DNA of 64,000 nt from a virus. The stretch spans positions 1 to 64,000 of IMG/VR virus record IMGVR_UViG_3300036846_000867. One strand, 5' to 3'. Numbering within the stretch: position 1 is the stretch's first letter; the number at the start of each line of letters is the position of its first letter. A model generated the notes under the pieces. That model saw nothing but the letters and a program-made list of their open reading frames with translations. It made no database searches and was not told the DNA's origin. Of this stretch, positions 1 to 8,052 are shown in pieces. The position numbers were made by a program, and so were the translations under genes.

Positions 1-127
1 CTGCTCCCCTGCCTGCTCCCCTGCCTGCTCCCCTGCCTGCTCCCCTGCCTGCTCCCCTGCCTGCTCCCCTGCCTGCTCCCCTGCCTGCTCCCCTGCCTGC
101 TCCCCTGCCTGCTCCCCTGCCTGCTCC
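1..127. repeat. Tandem 12-bp repeat CTGCTCCCCTGC x10.5, truncated by window edge
   Basis: Read directly: 10 perfect units from base 1 plus a partial 11th. On the minus strand it is in frame with partial ORF 1-408 as (AGEQ)n. Confidence 0.97.
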
Positions 128-408
128 GGTGGTCGCACATGATGTAGGCCTTGCAAATAGCTGCGATAAGCATTGGCAAAGGAGTAGCTGACTGCCGCCA
201 GTACCAGCCGCCGGTCGGCCCCAGGTGCACCGACAAATTCCCAGCCAAGCATAACCTGGGTAACGAACTCGGCCTTCAGCCCGACTGCGTCCAAATCCGG
301 CTCTTCGGCGATGATGCGCACCAGCAATTCGCGCAGATTTACCTGCGTCCAGGTTTGCTGGTAAGCGCCAGTCGTGCCTGTGTCAGTATGCGTATCGGTC
401 CAGGTCAT
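1..408 (-). CDS. Hypothetical protein, first 136 codons only (ORF open to window edge), with an (EQAG)n tract
   Basis: Own translation: ATG at 408 overlaps the integrase stop (ATGA), MTWTDTHTDTGTTGAYQQ..., no stop down to base 1. Absent from the ORF track because there is no stop in the window. GC3 is high. Confidence 0.5.
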   Translation of the reverse strand, partial: MTWTDTHTDTGTTGAYQQTWTQVNLRELLVRIIAEEPDLDAVGLKAEFVTQVMLGWEFVGAPGADRRLVLAAVSYSFANAYRSYLQGLHHVRPPEQAGEQAGEQAGEQAGEQAGEQAGEQAGEQAGEQAGEQAGEQ

Positions 409-1562
409 GGTGTTGTCCTTTCGTTGGCGGGGGGATGTTCGTTGATGGGAAGATATGCGGTGATGTCGAAGCCGGTCTGCCGCACCATTTGTAGGGTTTC
501 CTGCGCCAAATCGTGACGCGCTTTGGTCATAGACCGGCGCAAATCCTCCAGCGTCCAGTCATTACTGCCCATCGCTTGCGCCACCCGGTATTTGGCCCAG
601 CCAAAGCCGTTGATCGGCCTACTGCCGGTGGTGGTAAAGACGAACCGCGAACCGCGAAAGCGGGGCAGGCCCCGGAGGATATTGACCGCCGTTTGCGGCA
701 GCGGGACGCGCTGCTCGCGCTTGTTATTCGCCCGCCGCGCCGGGAGCGTCCAGACACCGGCTTCGAGATCGAGTTCGTTCCACGTCATCTCGGCGGTCTC
801 GCTGCGCCGCTGGCCCAGCAGCGCCAGCAACTGAAAAAAGGGGCCAAAGGGCCAGCCAAGCACGCCGCTGGCCTGCCAGAACGCCTTTAGCTCGACGTGG
901 CTCAGCAGCCGCGTGCGCAGCTTGGGCTTCGCCAGGATTTTGATCCTAGCGACCGGATTGCCGGGCAGCTTGCCGCGCTCGACAGCCCAGTTATACATCC
1001 GACCAAGTAGGCGAATTTGGTTCCACCGCTCGATTTCACCGCGTTGGCCCGGCTTGACCGCATCGCCAAAAGCCTTGATCTCGACGGGGGTGATCGAGGC
1101 TGCGGGCTGATCGGCAAAATCGGCTATCGCCAGCATGCGGCACAGTAATTCCCAATTCTGCTGGTAGGTCTTTAACCGGTGATTGGCCCTGGACCACGCC
1201 AGATAATCGTCTATCAAACTCTGTAGCGTGTAAGTAGCGGCCTTCTCGGCCTCTGTCTGCTGGCGCTTGGCCTCGATGGGATTGATACCCGCCTTCGCCT
1301 TCAGCATCGCTTCCCTGGCCAGATCGCGGGCCTGGGCGATGCGGGGGATGATCGCGGTGCTGCCAAGCGTGACCGGCGTAAATTTCCCGTTCGGCCATGT
1401 ATTCGCAATCCAGCTTTTCTTGCCGTTGGGGCTGATACGGATGCCGAAGGAAGGCAGGAGCGTATCCCAAATCACGGTGTGCGTCGGGCTGCCATCCTTG
1501 GTCAGTTTGGTTGATGGCCCCAGCCGATCAACCATGCCTTGTGTGAGATTGGTGACGGTCAT
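405..1562 (-). CDS. int: Tyrosine-recombinase (P4-type) integrase, paralog 1
   Basis: 385-aa ORF. Arm domain FGIRISPNGKKSW; core LLALLGQRRSE..WTLPA..NKREQRVPL..FVFTTTG..EDLRRS..ITAYLP. Start overlaps the stop of paralog 2 (ATGA). Confidence 0.8.
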   Translation of the reverse strand: MTVTNLTQGMVDRLGPSTKLTKDGSPTHTVIWDTLLPSFGIRISPNGKKSWIANTWPNGKFTPVTLGSTAIIPRIAQARDLAREAMLKAKAGINPIEAKRQQTEAEKAATYTLQSLIDDYLAWSRANHRLKTYQQNWELLCRMLAIADFADQPAASITPVEIKAFGDAVKPGQRGEIERWNQIRLLGRMYNWAVERGKLPGNPVARIKILAKPKLRTRLLSHVELKAFWQASGVLGWPFGPFFQLLALLGQRRSETAEMTWNELDLEAGVWTLPARRANNKREQRVPLPQTAVNILRGLPRFRGSRFVFTTTGSRPINGFGWAKYRVAQAMGSNDWTLEDLRRSMTKARHDLAQETLQMVRQTGFDITAYLPINEHPPANERTTP

Positions 1563-3208
1563 GGCTGGAGCGCGCGGGCCTCCTGTCCGGTCGTGCCGGT
1601 ATCAGTATGCGTGTCATTCCAGGGCATGGTGGGAAGATATGCGGTGATGTCGAAGCCGGTCTGCTGCAACATGTGCAGTGTGTCGTGCTCCAACTGGTGA
1701 CGCGCCTTTACCATCGACCGACGCAGATCATCCAGGCACCAATCATTGATCCCCGTCGCCCGCACCAAACGGGTTTTGAGATTACTAAAGCCTCCTATTG
1801 GTGAGCCGTTGGTGGTGAAAACGACATCGGAACGCCGATAATGAGGTATCGTCTTGAAGATATCTACCGCCTGCGGCGGTAGGAACACACGACGCGGGCG
1901 GTGGTTAGTCGTCCTTGTCGCCGGAATCGTCCACACGGCAGCAGCTAGATCGATTTCCGACCATCTCATCTCGGCAGTCTCGGTCCGTCGTTGACCAAGG
2001 AGGACAAGCAACTGAAAATAGGGGCCAAGAGGATAGCCAAGCGTACCGCTGGCAATCCACAAGGCACGAAGCTCAGCATCTGTCAGCACGCGAGCGGTCT
2101 TTGTCTTCTTGACCGCAATCTTGATCCCGGTGACAGGATTACTGGGCACCTTGTCGTGTGCAACGCCCCAGGAATAAAGCCGCCTAAGAGCCGCGATTTG
2201 GTGCGCGTGTGCACTATACCCACGCTGCCCCGGTAGAACCGCGTAGGCAAAACTAGCGATCTGCGCCGTGGTAATCTGCGCTGCCGGTTGATCGGCGAAA
2301 TCCGTCAGTGCCAACACACGACAAAGTGCATAAACAGCACCGGTATAGGTACTCATCCTCCAGCGTGTCTCGCTCCCACGGAGATAATCCTCGACCAACT
2401 TGCGCAGTGTGTAGTTCTTCCACGTCTCCTCCTCGACAAAGAACTGCCGCCACCGAGGATCACGCCGCTTCGCCAATTCGGCGCGATCTTGTGCCCACTG
2501 ACGTTTGGCGCTGGTGACGTTCATGCCCATAGAGATCGGCGGATCGCCAACGTTTTTGCCGGGGATCAGTTCGGCGCTAAAGGCGGGCTGATACGTCTTT
2601 GTCTGCGGCTTACCGTGCCAGGAGAAGATGTGAACAAACTTCGCCTGCCCTGCGGGAATCCTTGGGCATTTACCAGATATCCGGATAGCAAGACCGGGAA
2701 CGGTCGCGTCATTAAAGCGAATTGTCTCGCGTGATCGTGGCGGCATATTCTTTATCGCCATCGCAATAGCCTCATCGCTCAGATTGAGCCTTTTCGTTTC
2801 GCTCCCTATTTCCGCCTCGATATGTTGCAATTCGGTTTGAAGGATAACCCGCTTCGCTTCGTTTTTACGAAGGGCTTCTTTAACAGCAAGGAGACGCCCA
2901 TCAATGGTAACTGGGCGGAAGTTCTTGTCGTTTAAGTTAACGCCGCGCTTCACCAGTTCGATCAGATGGCGAGCCTCCTTGCGGGCTTCTGCGACCGGCA
3001 TGCTACAGACATCGGCAAAGCTATGAGAGATTTGCTTGCCGTAAGGCGTGCCGGGAGTGGGTATTCGACATTGGATCACCCAGCTTTTCCGGTTCTGACT
3101 GACCCGCACGCCAAAGCCCTTCTGAATAGCGTCCCATTCGATCATGTTGGCTTTGCCTGCGGGCGGGCGCAGGCCGTCAATAAGCTGATCAGTCAGTTCC
3201 CTACCCAT
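1559..3208 (-). CDS. int: Tyrosine-recombinase integrase, paralog 2, with duplicated arm-type N-terminal domain
   Basis: ORF track 1559-3370 trimmed to ATG 3208 (MGRELTDQLIDGL..). Two arm-like repeats (GFGVRVS, GLAIRIS); core LLVLLGQRRTE..DDLRRS..ITAYLP. 34-nt identity 1631-1664 vs 448-480. Confidence 0.75.
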   Translation of the reverse strand: MGRELTDQLIDGLRPPAGKANMIEWDAIQKGFGVRVSQNRKSWVIQCRIPTPGTPYGKQISHSFADVCSMPVAEARKEARHLIELVKRGVNLNDKNFRPVTIDGRLLAVKEALRKNEAKRVILQTELQHIEAEIGSETKRLNLSDEAIAMAIKNMPPRSRETIRFNDATVPGLAIRISGKCPRIPAGQAKFVHIFSWHGKPQTKTYQPAFSAELIPGKNVGDPPISMGMNVTSAKRQWAQDRAELAKRRDPRWRQFFVEEETWKNYTLRKLVEDYLRGSETRWRMSTYTGAVYALCRVLALTDFADQPAAQITTAQIASFAYAVLPGQRGYSAHAHQIAALRRLYSWGVAHDKVPSNPVTGIKIAVKKTKTARVLTDAELRALWIASGTLGYPLGPYFQLLVLLGQRRTETAEMRWSEIDLAAAVWTIPATRTTNHRPRRVFLPPQAVDIFKTIPHYRRSDVVFTTNGSPIGGFSNLKTRLVRATGINDWCLDDLRRSMVKARHQLEHDTLHMLQQTGFDITAYLPTMPWNDTHTDTGTTGQEARALQP

Positions 3209-3215
3209 CGAAAGG

Positions 3216-3227
3216 ATTATACCCCCC
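3216..3227 (-). promoter_or_regulatory. G-run/TATAAT promoter-like box (GGGGGGTATAAT) 7 nt upstream of the int paralog 2 ATG
   Basis: Read on minus strand. Same motif class as 6585, 8469, 13410 and 15219. The spacing implies a leaderless or near-leaderless mRNA. Confidence 0.4.
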
Positions 3228-3234
3228 TTTCTTC

Positions 3235-3456
3235 TCAGTTGCTCAGCCGATGACGGATCGATTGCAGATCGGCGATCATCCCATCGAGCACATCGAGCTT
3301 GATGTGCGCCACCGCCACGTCCCGGTCGCGGTCGCCCAGAACGATCACCGTCATGCCGCAATCCGGGCAAAAGCCGATCTTGATCGTGTCCGCATCATAG
3401 ATGCCGTCGTCCCCGATATCTTCGTGTTCGTGGAATTCGACTTTATCCTGGGTCAT
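3235..3456 (-). CDS. Hypothetical protein (73 aa, acidic, CPDC motif)
   Basis: ORF track. Co-oriented in the leftward operon; 14-nt overlap with the upstream gene. Confidence 0.55.
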   Translation of the reverse strand: MTQDKVEFHEHEDIGDDGIYDADTIKIGFCPDCGMTVIVLGDRDRDVAVAHIKLDVLDGMIADLQSIRHRLSN

Positions 3457-3637
3457 TAGTCACCATCCGTTCGATCAGTTCATCCGCGCACGCAAGCCAT
3501 TCGGTATGCATGTCGGGATAATTGGCTCCGTGACCGACATCATTCCAATCCCGGTTCGTCCGGAATTCGAACATGTCGTATAAGTGTCGGGCGAGGCGCT
3601 CGCGGAACTGGTTGTCCGTCAGTGTCGCTAAGCTCAT
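3443..3637 (-). CDS. Hypothetical protein (64 aa)
   Basis: ORF track. GC3 is clearly higher in this frame than in the overlapping tail of 3540-4163. Confidence 0.6.
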   Translation of the reverse strand: MSLATLTDNQFRERLARHLYDMFEFRTNRDWNDVGHGANYPDMHTEWLACADELIERMVTNDPG

Positions 3638-4163
3638 TAGCCCCTCTGCGCCGGATCAAGCGACGATAGGCGGTAGCCGGTTCGAAGAGGCATAGCTCGG
3701 CATTCCAGAGCGGCAGCACGATCAGCGGTTGGCACTGAAACACCGCCTGCGTATCGCGCGTGATCACGACAGTCGGATAGCGATTTTGCCGGGCGATCAG
3801 GACCGCTGTCTTGCCGTGCCGCGCGGCCTCTTCGCACGCCTTGTTCCAGAATTTCCACAGCAGCCCGGTATGACAGATAAAGCCACGGGCAATGGCCAGT
3901 TCACGGTAGTGCTTACATTCGATAAACAACGCCTCGGCAAAATCGTAAGCTACCTGATTGATCGCCGTCAGATCGCCAGCCTGTGCCTTATTGATCAGGA
4001 TACGGGCCAAGTCACGGCGGAGGGCCAATGTGGCACGCCCACCGCTCAGAGAACTACGCCAGAACAAATCCTCGCGTTCGCCTTTCGACAACCACAGCGA
4101 CAGCCGCTTACAGATTTCCCGCTCGAATTTCGAGCCCTTCTCGTGTCCCCCGCCGCTGCGCAT
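3540..4163 (-). CDS. PD-(D/E)XK-fold nuclease / Holliday-junction-resolvase-like protein
   Basis: GSKFEREICKRL ... IECKHY pattern typical of Hjc/RecB-fold phage nucleases. Sits next to the RecA-like gene. The last ~33 codons overlap the next gene and have low GC3. Confidence 0.55.
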   Translation of the reverse strand: MRSGGGHEKGSKFEREICKRLSLWLSKGEREDLFWRSSLSGGRATLALRRDLARILINKAQAGDLTAINQVAYDFAEALFIECKHYRELAIARGFICHTGLLWKFWNKACEEAARHGKTAVLIARQNRYPTVVITRDTQAVFQCQPLIVLPLWNAELCLFEPATAYRRLIRRRGANELSDTDGQPVPRAPRPTLIRHVRIPDEPGLE

Positions 4164-4166
4164 TGA

Positions 4167-5201
4167 TCAGCCGTATTTGCGGAAGGGCGGTGTCATTGCC
4201 TCCGCGATTTCCTGCCAGCGGGCCTTGGTCGCCAGTGTCAGTTCCTCATGCATCGCAACCAGCCGGTCCATGTCGCGGGCGCGGCGGACGCGGCCCAGCG
4301 CCGCCGTATAGGCATCGAGGCCGTAGGACAGATCGCCTTGGTATTTGTTGCGCTTCAACCAGTTAACCATCGAGATTTCGTCATCGATGCCATAATTGAA
4401 CAGGATTGACACTTCACCATCGGAAAAGGCTGGTCCCAGCTTGTTCTTCTTGTTCTTCCAGCGCACGCGAATGCCGACCACGCGCTCGACATCGGACACG
4501 GTACGCACGATCTTGCCCGCCTCATACAACCAGACGATCTGCGACGCGTAAAAATCGAGCGCGTGACCGCCCGCCCGCGTCTTCGTCTCGCCGAACGTCA
4601 CGCCGATATTCTCGCGGATTTGGGAGATCAGCATCAGGCAGCAATTGGCCTTGGCAATCGGCTTGATCATCCGCCGGAAGAATTCCGACAGCATCTTGGC
4701 CTTCCGGCCCATCGTCGCCTTACCGAGTTCTTCATTGCCCATCTCCTGGGCATCGGACAGCGCGTCGATACTGTCCACGATGTAGAGCGTCGGGCCGCTC
4801 GGATGCAGTTCGATCCATTTTTCGATATCGGCGAAAAGCTCCTCGACGATCACGGAGCCGTGACCGGTGTCGGTATCGTCACCGGTAAACGACACACCGA
4901 GCGGGAAGCCCAGCGAATAGGCATAGGCCCGGTCGAAGGCAGCCTCGGTCTCGTTGTAGCGGATGTTCTCGGCACCGTGCAGCATCGCGAAATTGATCGC
5001 CGCCTCGATTGCCAAGAGCGTCTTGCCGGAGGATGTGTCACCAACGATGTTGACCATCCTGCCCCGGCCCCAGCCGCCACTGTGACCGAGGTTCAGAAGG
5101 ATACTGCCGGTCGGGAACGTCGTCCCGGCCACCGGCAGGACGGTAGGAACGGTAGCTTCGGCTTCCGCTGTCACACGACGGTTCAGTTGCGGTCTAGCCA
5201 T
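4167..5201 (-). CDS. RecA/UvsX-family recombinase
   Basis: Walker A GDTSSGKT, Walker B-like YIVDSIDAL, ISQIRENIGVTFGE..GGHALDFYAS core signature. Confidence 0.85.
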   Translation of the reverse strand: MARPQLNRRVTAEAEATVPTVLPVAGTTFPTGSILLNLGHSGGWGRGRMVNIVGDTSSGKTLLAIEAAINFAMLHGAENIRYNETEAAFDRAYAYSLGFPLGVSFTGDDTDTGHGSVIVEELFADIEKWIELHPSGPTLYIVDSIDALSDAQEMGNEELGKATMGRKAKMLSEFFRRMIKPIAKANCCLMLISQIRENIGVTFGETKTRAGGHALDFYASQIVWLYEAGKIVRTVSDVERVVGIRVRWKNKKNKLGPAFSDGEVSILFNYGIDDEISMVNWLKRNKYQGDLSYGLDAYTAALGRVRRARDMDRLVAMHEELTLATKARWQEIAEAMTPPFRKYG

Positions 5202-5398
5202 GTTCCCGCCTCTTTTAATTTCAACTGCATCGGTCGGCCTTCGCGTTCGGCAGCGAGCGCCTCGGTAGCCGTGCCAGCGATCAGGCCAAGGGCGAGGGCG
5301 AAGCGCGGATCGACATCACTACCGGACGGTAGCGGATACGGGGCCAGCGCCTCTGCGCGAAGCCTCTCGATCAGCGTGCGGGCTTCGTCGTTGGTCAT
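5183..5398 (-). CDS. Hypothetical protein (71 aa)
   Basis: ORF track. ATGA overlap with the SSB stop; 19-nt overlap with the recA-like start. Confidence 0.5.
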   Translation of the reverse strand: MTNDEARTLIERLRAEALAPYPLPSGSDVDPRFALALGLIAGTATEALAAEREGRPMQLKLKEAGTWLDRN

Positions 5399-6396
5399 GT
5401 GCTCTTGCGGGCAAACCGCTCGCGCAGCGAGGCCGCTTTAGAGGCCGTCTGCGAAGCAGCGGCAGGCACCGGTTCGCGCTCTGCTGGAGCCGGTGGTGCG
5501 GGACGGCGCGGTGCGGGCGCATCGGCCTCTTCCGGCGGCGGCTCACCGGACGGCTTGACATCGAAGGGCGGATCGAGCGGTAGCGCTGGTTCTTCGGTCG
5601 CGGGCCGCACATTGAGCGGGGGCCGATTGAGAACCGGGCGAGACGGGCGCTCCGAGGGAGCAGGACGCTCTGCACCATTGGTAGCGGCACGGGTAATCGG
5701 GCGCGGTTCCTCGGCAGGGGGCTCGGCCGCCCTGCCGCCTTCGAACAATTGCTTGATCTCATCATAGTCGCGCACCAGCAGCGTCTCGGGCAGCGGATGC
5801 GCCTGAACATATTCCAGCCAATTCGGATCGACCGATGTGGCACGGCGAGCCAGTTGAACACCGGTATATTTGGTGGCGATCCCCTCGCCGTCCTTATCAA
5901 AATATACGTCGAAGCCTTCTTCGTGGTGATCGACGAAATAGAATTTACCGGTCGTGCGGTCGCGGCTAACTTTGGTGATGTCACGGTCGAGCGTCCACGG
6001 CATGCCCCAGACGACCGGTCCCTTATCCTCGTCCTTGCGGTCGATAACCCAGACCAACACACGCTTTGACGCGCGCAGTTCCTTCACCAAATCCTCGTCG
6101 CCGCGCTTTTCGGCGAGCATCCGGGCTTCGCAGACCGGACAGGGCTGTTCCGCCATCTTCAACGGGCACAGCACGGTAGCCTTGTCGGGACCGACACCAA
6201 AATGCGTATAGACATCCATCCCGTAATGCTTCGCGCCATCCCATGTCGGCGGCAGGATGCGCACGGCATTCTCGCCCTTTTTCACCATGTAGAGGCGATA
6301 TTCGTCGCTGATGTAGCCCTGGAAACCGCCGCCCTGTTGAGAGGCCCGCCGTTCCCAATCCTCATCCGACCGCGCCTGATAACGAAACGCTGCCAT
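5395..6396 (-). CDS. gp32-like single-stranded DNA-binding protein
   Basis: 333 aa; N-terminal region with Zn-ribbon-like C..CPVCE and a Pro/Ala-rich tail. Lies between the recombinase and clamp loader. Family call is by resemblance only. Confidence 0.6.
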   Translation of the reverse strand: MAAFRYQARSDEDWERRASQQGGGFQGYISDEYRLYMVKKGENAVRILPPTWDGAKHYGMDVYTHFGVGPDKATVLCPLKMAEQPCPVCEARMLAEKRGDEDLVKELRASKRVLVWVIDRKDEDKGPVVWGMPWTLDRDITKVSRDRTTGKFYFVDHHEEGFDVYFDKDGEGIATKYTGVQLARRATSVDPNWLEYVQAHPLPETLLVRDYDEIKQLFEGGRAAEPPAEEPRPITRAATNGAERPAPSERPSRPVLNRPPLNVRPATEEPALPLDPPFDVKPSGEPPPEEADAPAPRRPAPPAPAEREPVPAAASQTASKAASLRERFARKST

Positions 6397-6557
6397 TAGC
6401 CAGCCCTCCTGCCAAACCGATTGTTCTGCACATCATGGATCGAACGCATCACGCCCAAACCGATCAGGCGGCCTGCGTAGTAGAAAAAGAAGCCGGTAAA
6501 CAGCATGGCGGCAAGACCGCCGCCCAGATACATGAGGAGGTTCAGTAGCTCATACAT
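6396..6557 (-). CDS. Small membrane protein (53 aa), below the ORF-track cutoff
   Basis: Own translation MYELLNLLMYLGGGLAAMLFTGFFFYYAGRLIGLGVMRS... GGGG RBS 8 nt upstream; TAATG overlap with the SSB start. Confidence 0.5.
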   Translation of the reverse strand: MYELLNLLMYLGGGLAAMLFTGFFFYYAGRLIGLGVMRSIHDVQNNRFGRRAG

Positions 6558-6584
6558 TGTGAAGCCCCAACAATGTCTGGGCCG

Positions 6585-6612
6585 TATATACCCCCGCCCG
6601 GTAAATTTCCAA
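6585..6612 (-). promoter_or_regulatory. Promoter-like TTGGAA-N16-TATATA with G5 abutting the -10
   Basis: Read on minus strand, ~30 nt upstream of the 53-aa ORF. Confidence 0.45.
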
Positions 6613-6619
6613 TAGTCAT

Positions 6620-7105
6620 TCAGTCAGTCCTTGGCGTCGCTTGTCTGGCAGCATTCAGATCGTCGCGCCGCCGCTGATAAATGGCCGCTGGTGTAATATA
6701 CCCCGCGACGATCAGATCGCCGGCCTTTTGCAGCAACATTGATTTCGTCCGCAACGATCTCACCAAATCCTCACACAGCTTCGCATATGTCTTAGCATGG
6801 TTGTACGCCGTGCGAGCTTCCAGCACATCGGCGAAGAGGGGCAGCGAGCGCTCGATAGCGGCTTCGGTGATCTTCTCGTTTTCCTGGCGCAGTTGCTGGC
6901 CGGTCTCGGCCTTGATGATGTCCACAGCCATCAGGCAGGCGCTCTCCTCGTTAGAGGCGAGGGAGGCGAGTTCAGCGGCGTCCTGCACCAGTTGCGGCAT
7001 CCTCATCAATTCCTCACCGAGGTTCATAAGATCGATGGGCAATTGTGCGCACAGCGCCTGATATTCCAAGGGATAGCCGGAGGGAGATACGGGGATATCG
7101 GTCAC
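6620..7105 (-). CDS. Hypothetical protein (161 aa)
   Basis: ORF track 6620-7330 trimmed. GTG at 7105 overlaps the clamp-loader stop (GTGA); the upstream part would overlap 7102-8052. Confidence 0.55.
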   Translation of the reverse strand: MTDIPVSPSGYPLEYQALCAQLPIDLMNLGEELMRMPQLVQDAAELASLASNEESACLMAVDIIKAETGQQLRQENEKITEAAIERSLPLFADVLEARTAYNHAKTYAKLCEDLVRSLRTKSMLLQKAGDLIVAGYITPAAIYQRRRDDLNAARQATPRTD

Positions 7106-8052
7106 GGCCAGATAATCCTTTTCATTGCCGCATAGAACTGAGCCTTTGGATCGAAGGATTGCGACGGGAACATCAACGCATCGACCATCTGCCCAAGATG
7201 ACGGGCCTTGTTGGGACCGGTCTCGCGCAGCAGCGCCCCGATCAACCGCCGCGTCAGCGGGATCAGCAAGCCGTCGTAGCTGTCGGTGGCTTCCTCCAGC
7301 CGCAGAAAGACCGGCCGAAGCACTTCCCACGTCGAGCGGCCCTGGATCAGCAGCGCGGCGATCTCGGCAATCGCGTCGTTGTCGGCATCGAGGATCGAGA
7401 TGATCCGCTTGGCTTCGTTGCGGTCGCGGGCGTCGTAGACACGCTCCAGCAGCGTGATCGCCTTGCGCGGCTGGCCGGTCGCCTCCTCAACGACCAGCGA
7501 CAGGATGTCGTTGGACGGGGACCAGCCCTCGCTGTCGCAGATGATTTGCAGCAATTCCTCGATGTACTGCCGCTCGACCGGCTTCAGGGCCACCGGAAAG
7601 CATCGCGTCTTCCAGGTTTCCGGGATGCGGTGCGCTTCGGTGGTGCAGAGCGCGAAGAACAGATGATCGGGCGGCTCTTCCAGGGCCTTCAGCAGCGCCT
7701 GCTTGGCAGGGGCCGACAGCCCGTGGCATTCATCGATGATGAACATCTTGTACGCTACGCCGCTCAGCGGCAGATGCTGACCGTGATCGATGAGTTCCCG
7801 GATCATGTCAATCGAGCCCGACGAGCCGCCGTCGATCTCGATCAATTCCGCGCTCAGATGGTTGGAAATGATCCGCGCCACGGTGGTCTTGCCGATCCCG
7901 CTGGGACCGGTCAGCAGATAGGAATGCGGCGGGCTGTTGCTCTCCAGCCGCCGCTGAAGCTTGGCCATCGGCTCGTCATGCCCTAAAACTTCACCAAAGG
8001 AAGCCGGGCGATATTTAACAATTAAAGGGGCGTCCATCAACTGCGGCACCAT
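7102..8052 (-). CDS. Clamp-loader ATPase (DNA pol III gamma/tau or RFC-like)
   Basis: KYRP..FGEVLGH, Walker A GPSGIGKTT, FIIDECH, ..KTRC sensor. Alternative start ATG 8037 (TGATG overlap with the polymerase stop). Confidence 0.85.
   Translation of the reverse strand: MVPQLMDAPLIVKYRPASFGEVLGHDEPMAKLQRRLESNSPPHSYLLTGPSGIGKTTVARIISNHLSAELIEIDGGSSGSIDMIRELIDHGQHLPLSGVAYKMFIIDECHGLSAPAKQALLKALEEPPDHLFFALCTTEAHRIPETWKTRCFPVALKPVERQYIEELLQIICDSEGWSPSNDILSLVVEEATGQPRKAITLLERVYDARDRNEAKRIISILDADNDAIAEIAALLIQGRSTWEVLRPVFLRLEEATDSYDGLLIPLTRRLIGALLRETGPNKARHLGQMVDALMFPSQSFDPKAQFYAAMKRIIWP

Noticed and set aside
1-127. The 12-bp perfect array as a CRISPR array, a telomere-like end or an att site
   Set aside because: There are no spacers. 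The array is in frame with an ORF that starts at 408, so a coding tetrapeptide repeat is the simplest reading. The window edge prevents more.
7045-7986. Long antisense or alternative-frame ORFs (e.g. 7045-7986 +, 12528-13364 +, 14195-15034 +, 24399-25334 -, 33093-33863 -, 40005-40709 -, 49599-50660 +, 58464-59126 +)
   Set aside because: They lie opposite or out of frame to ORFs with clear domain signatures. They are Arg/Pro/Gly-rich as expected for shadow ORFs in high-GC DNA, and they lack RBSs.
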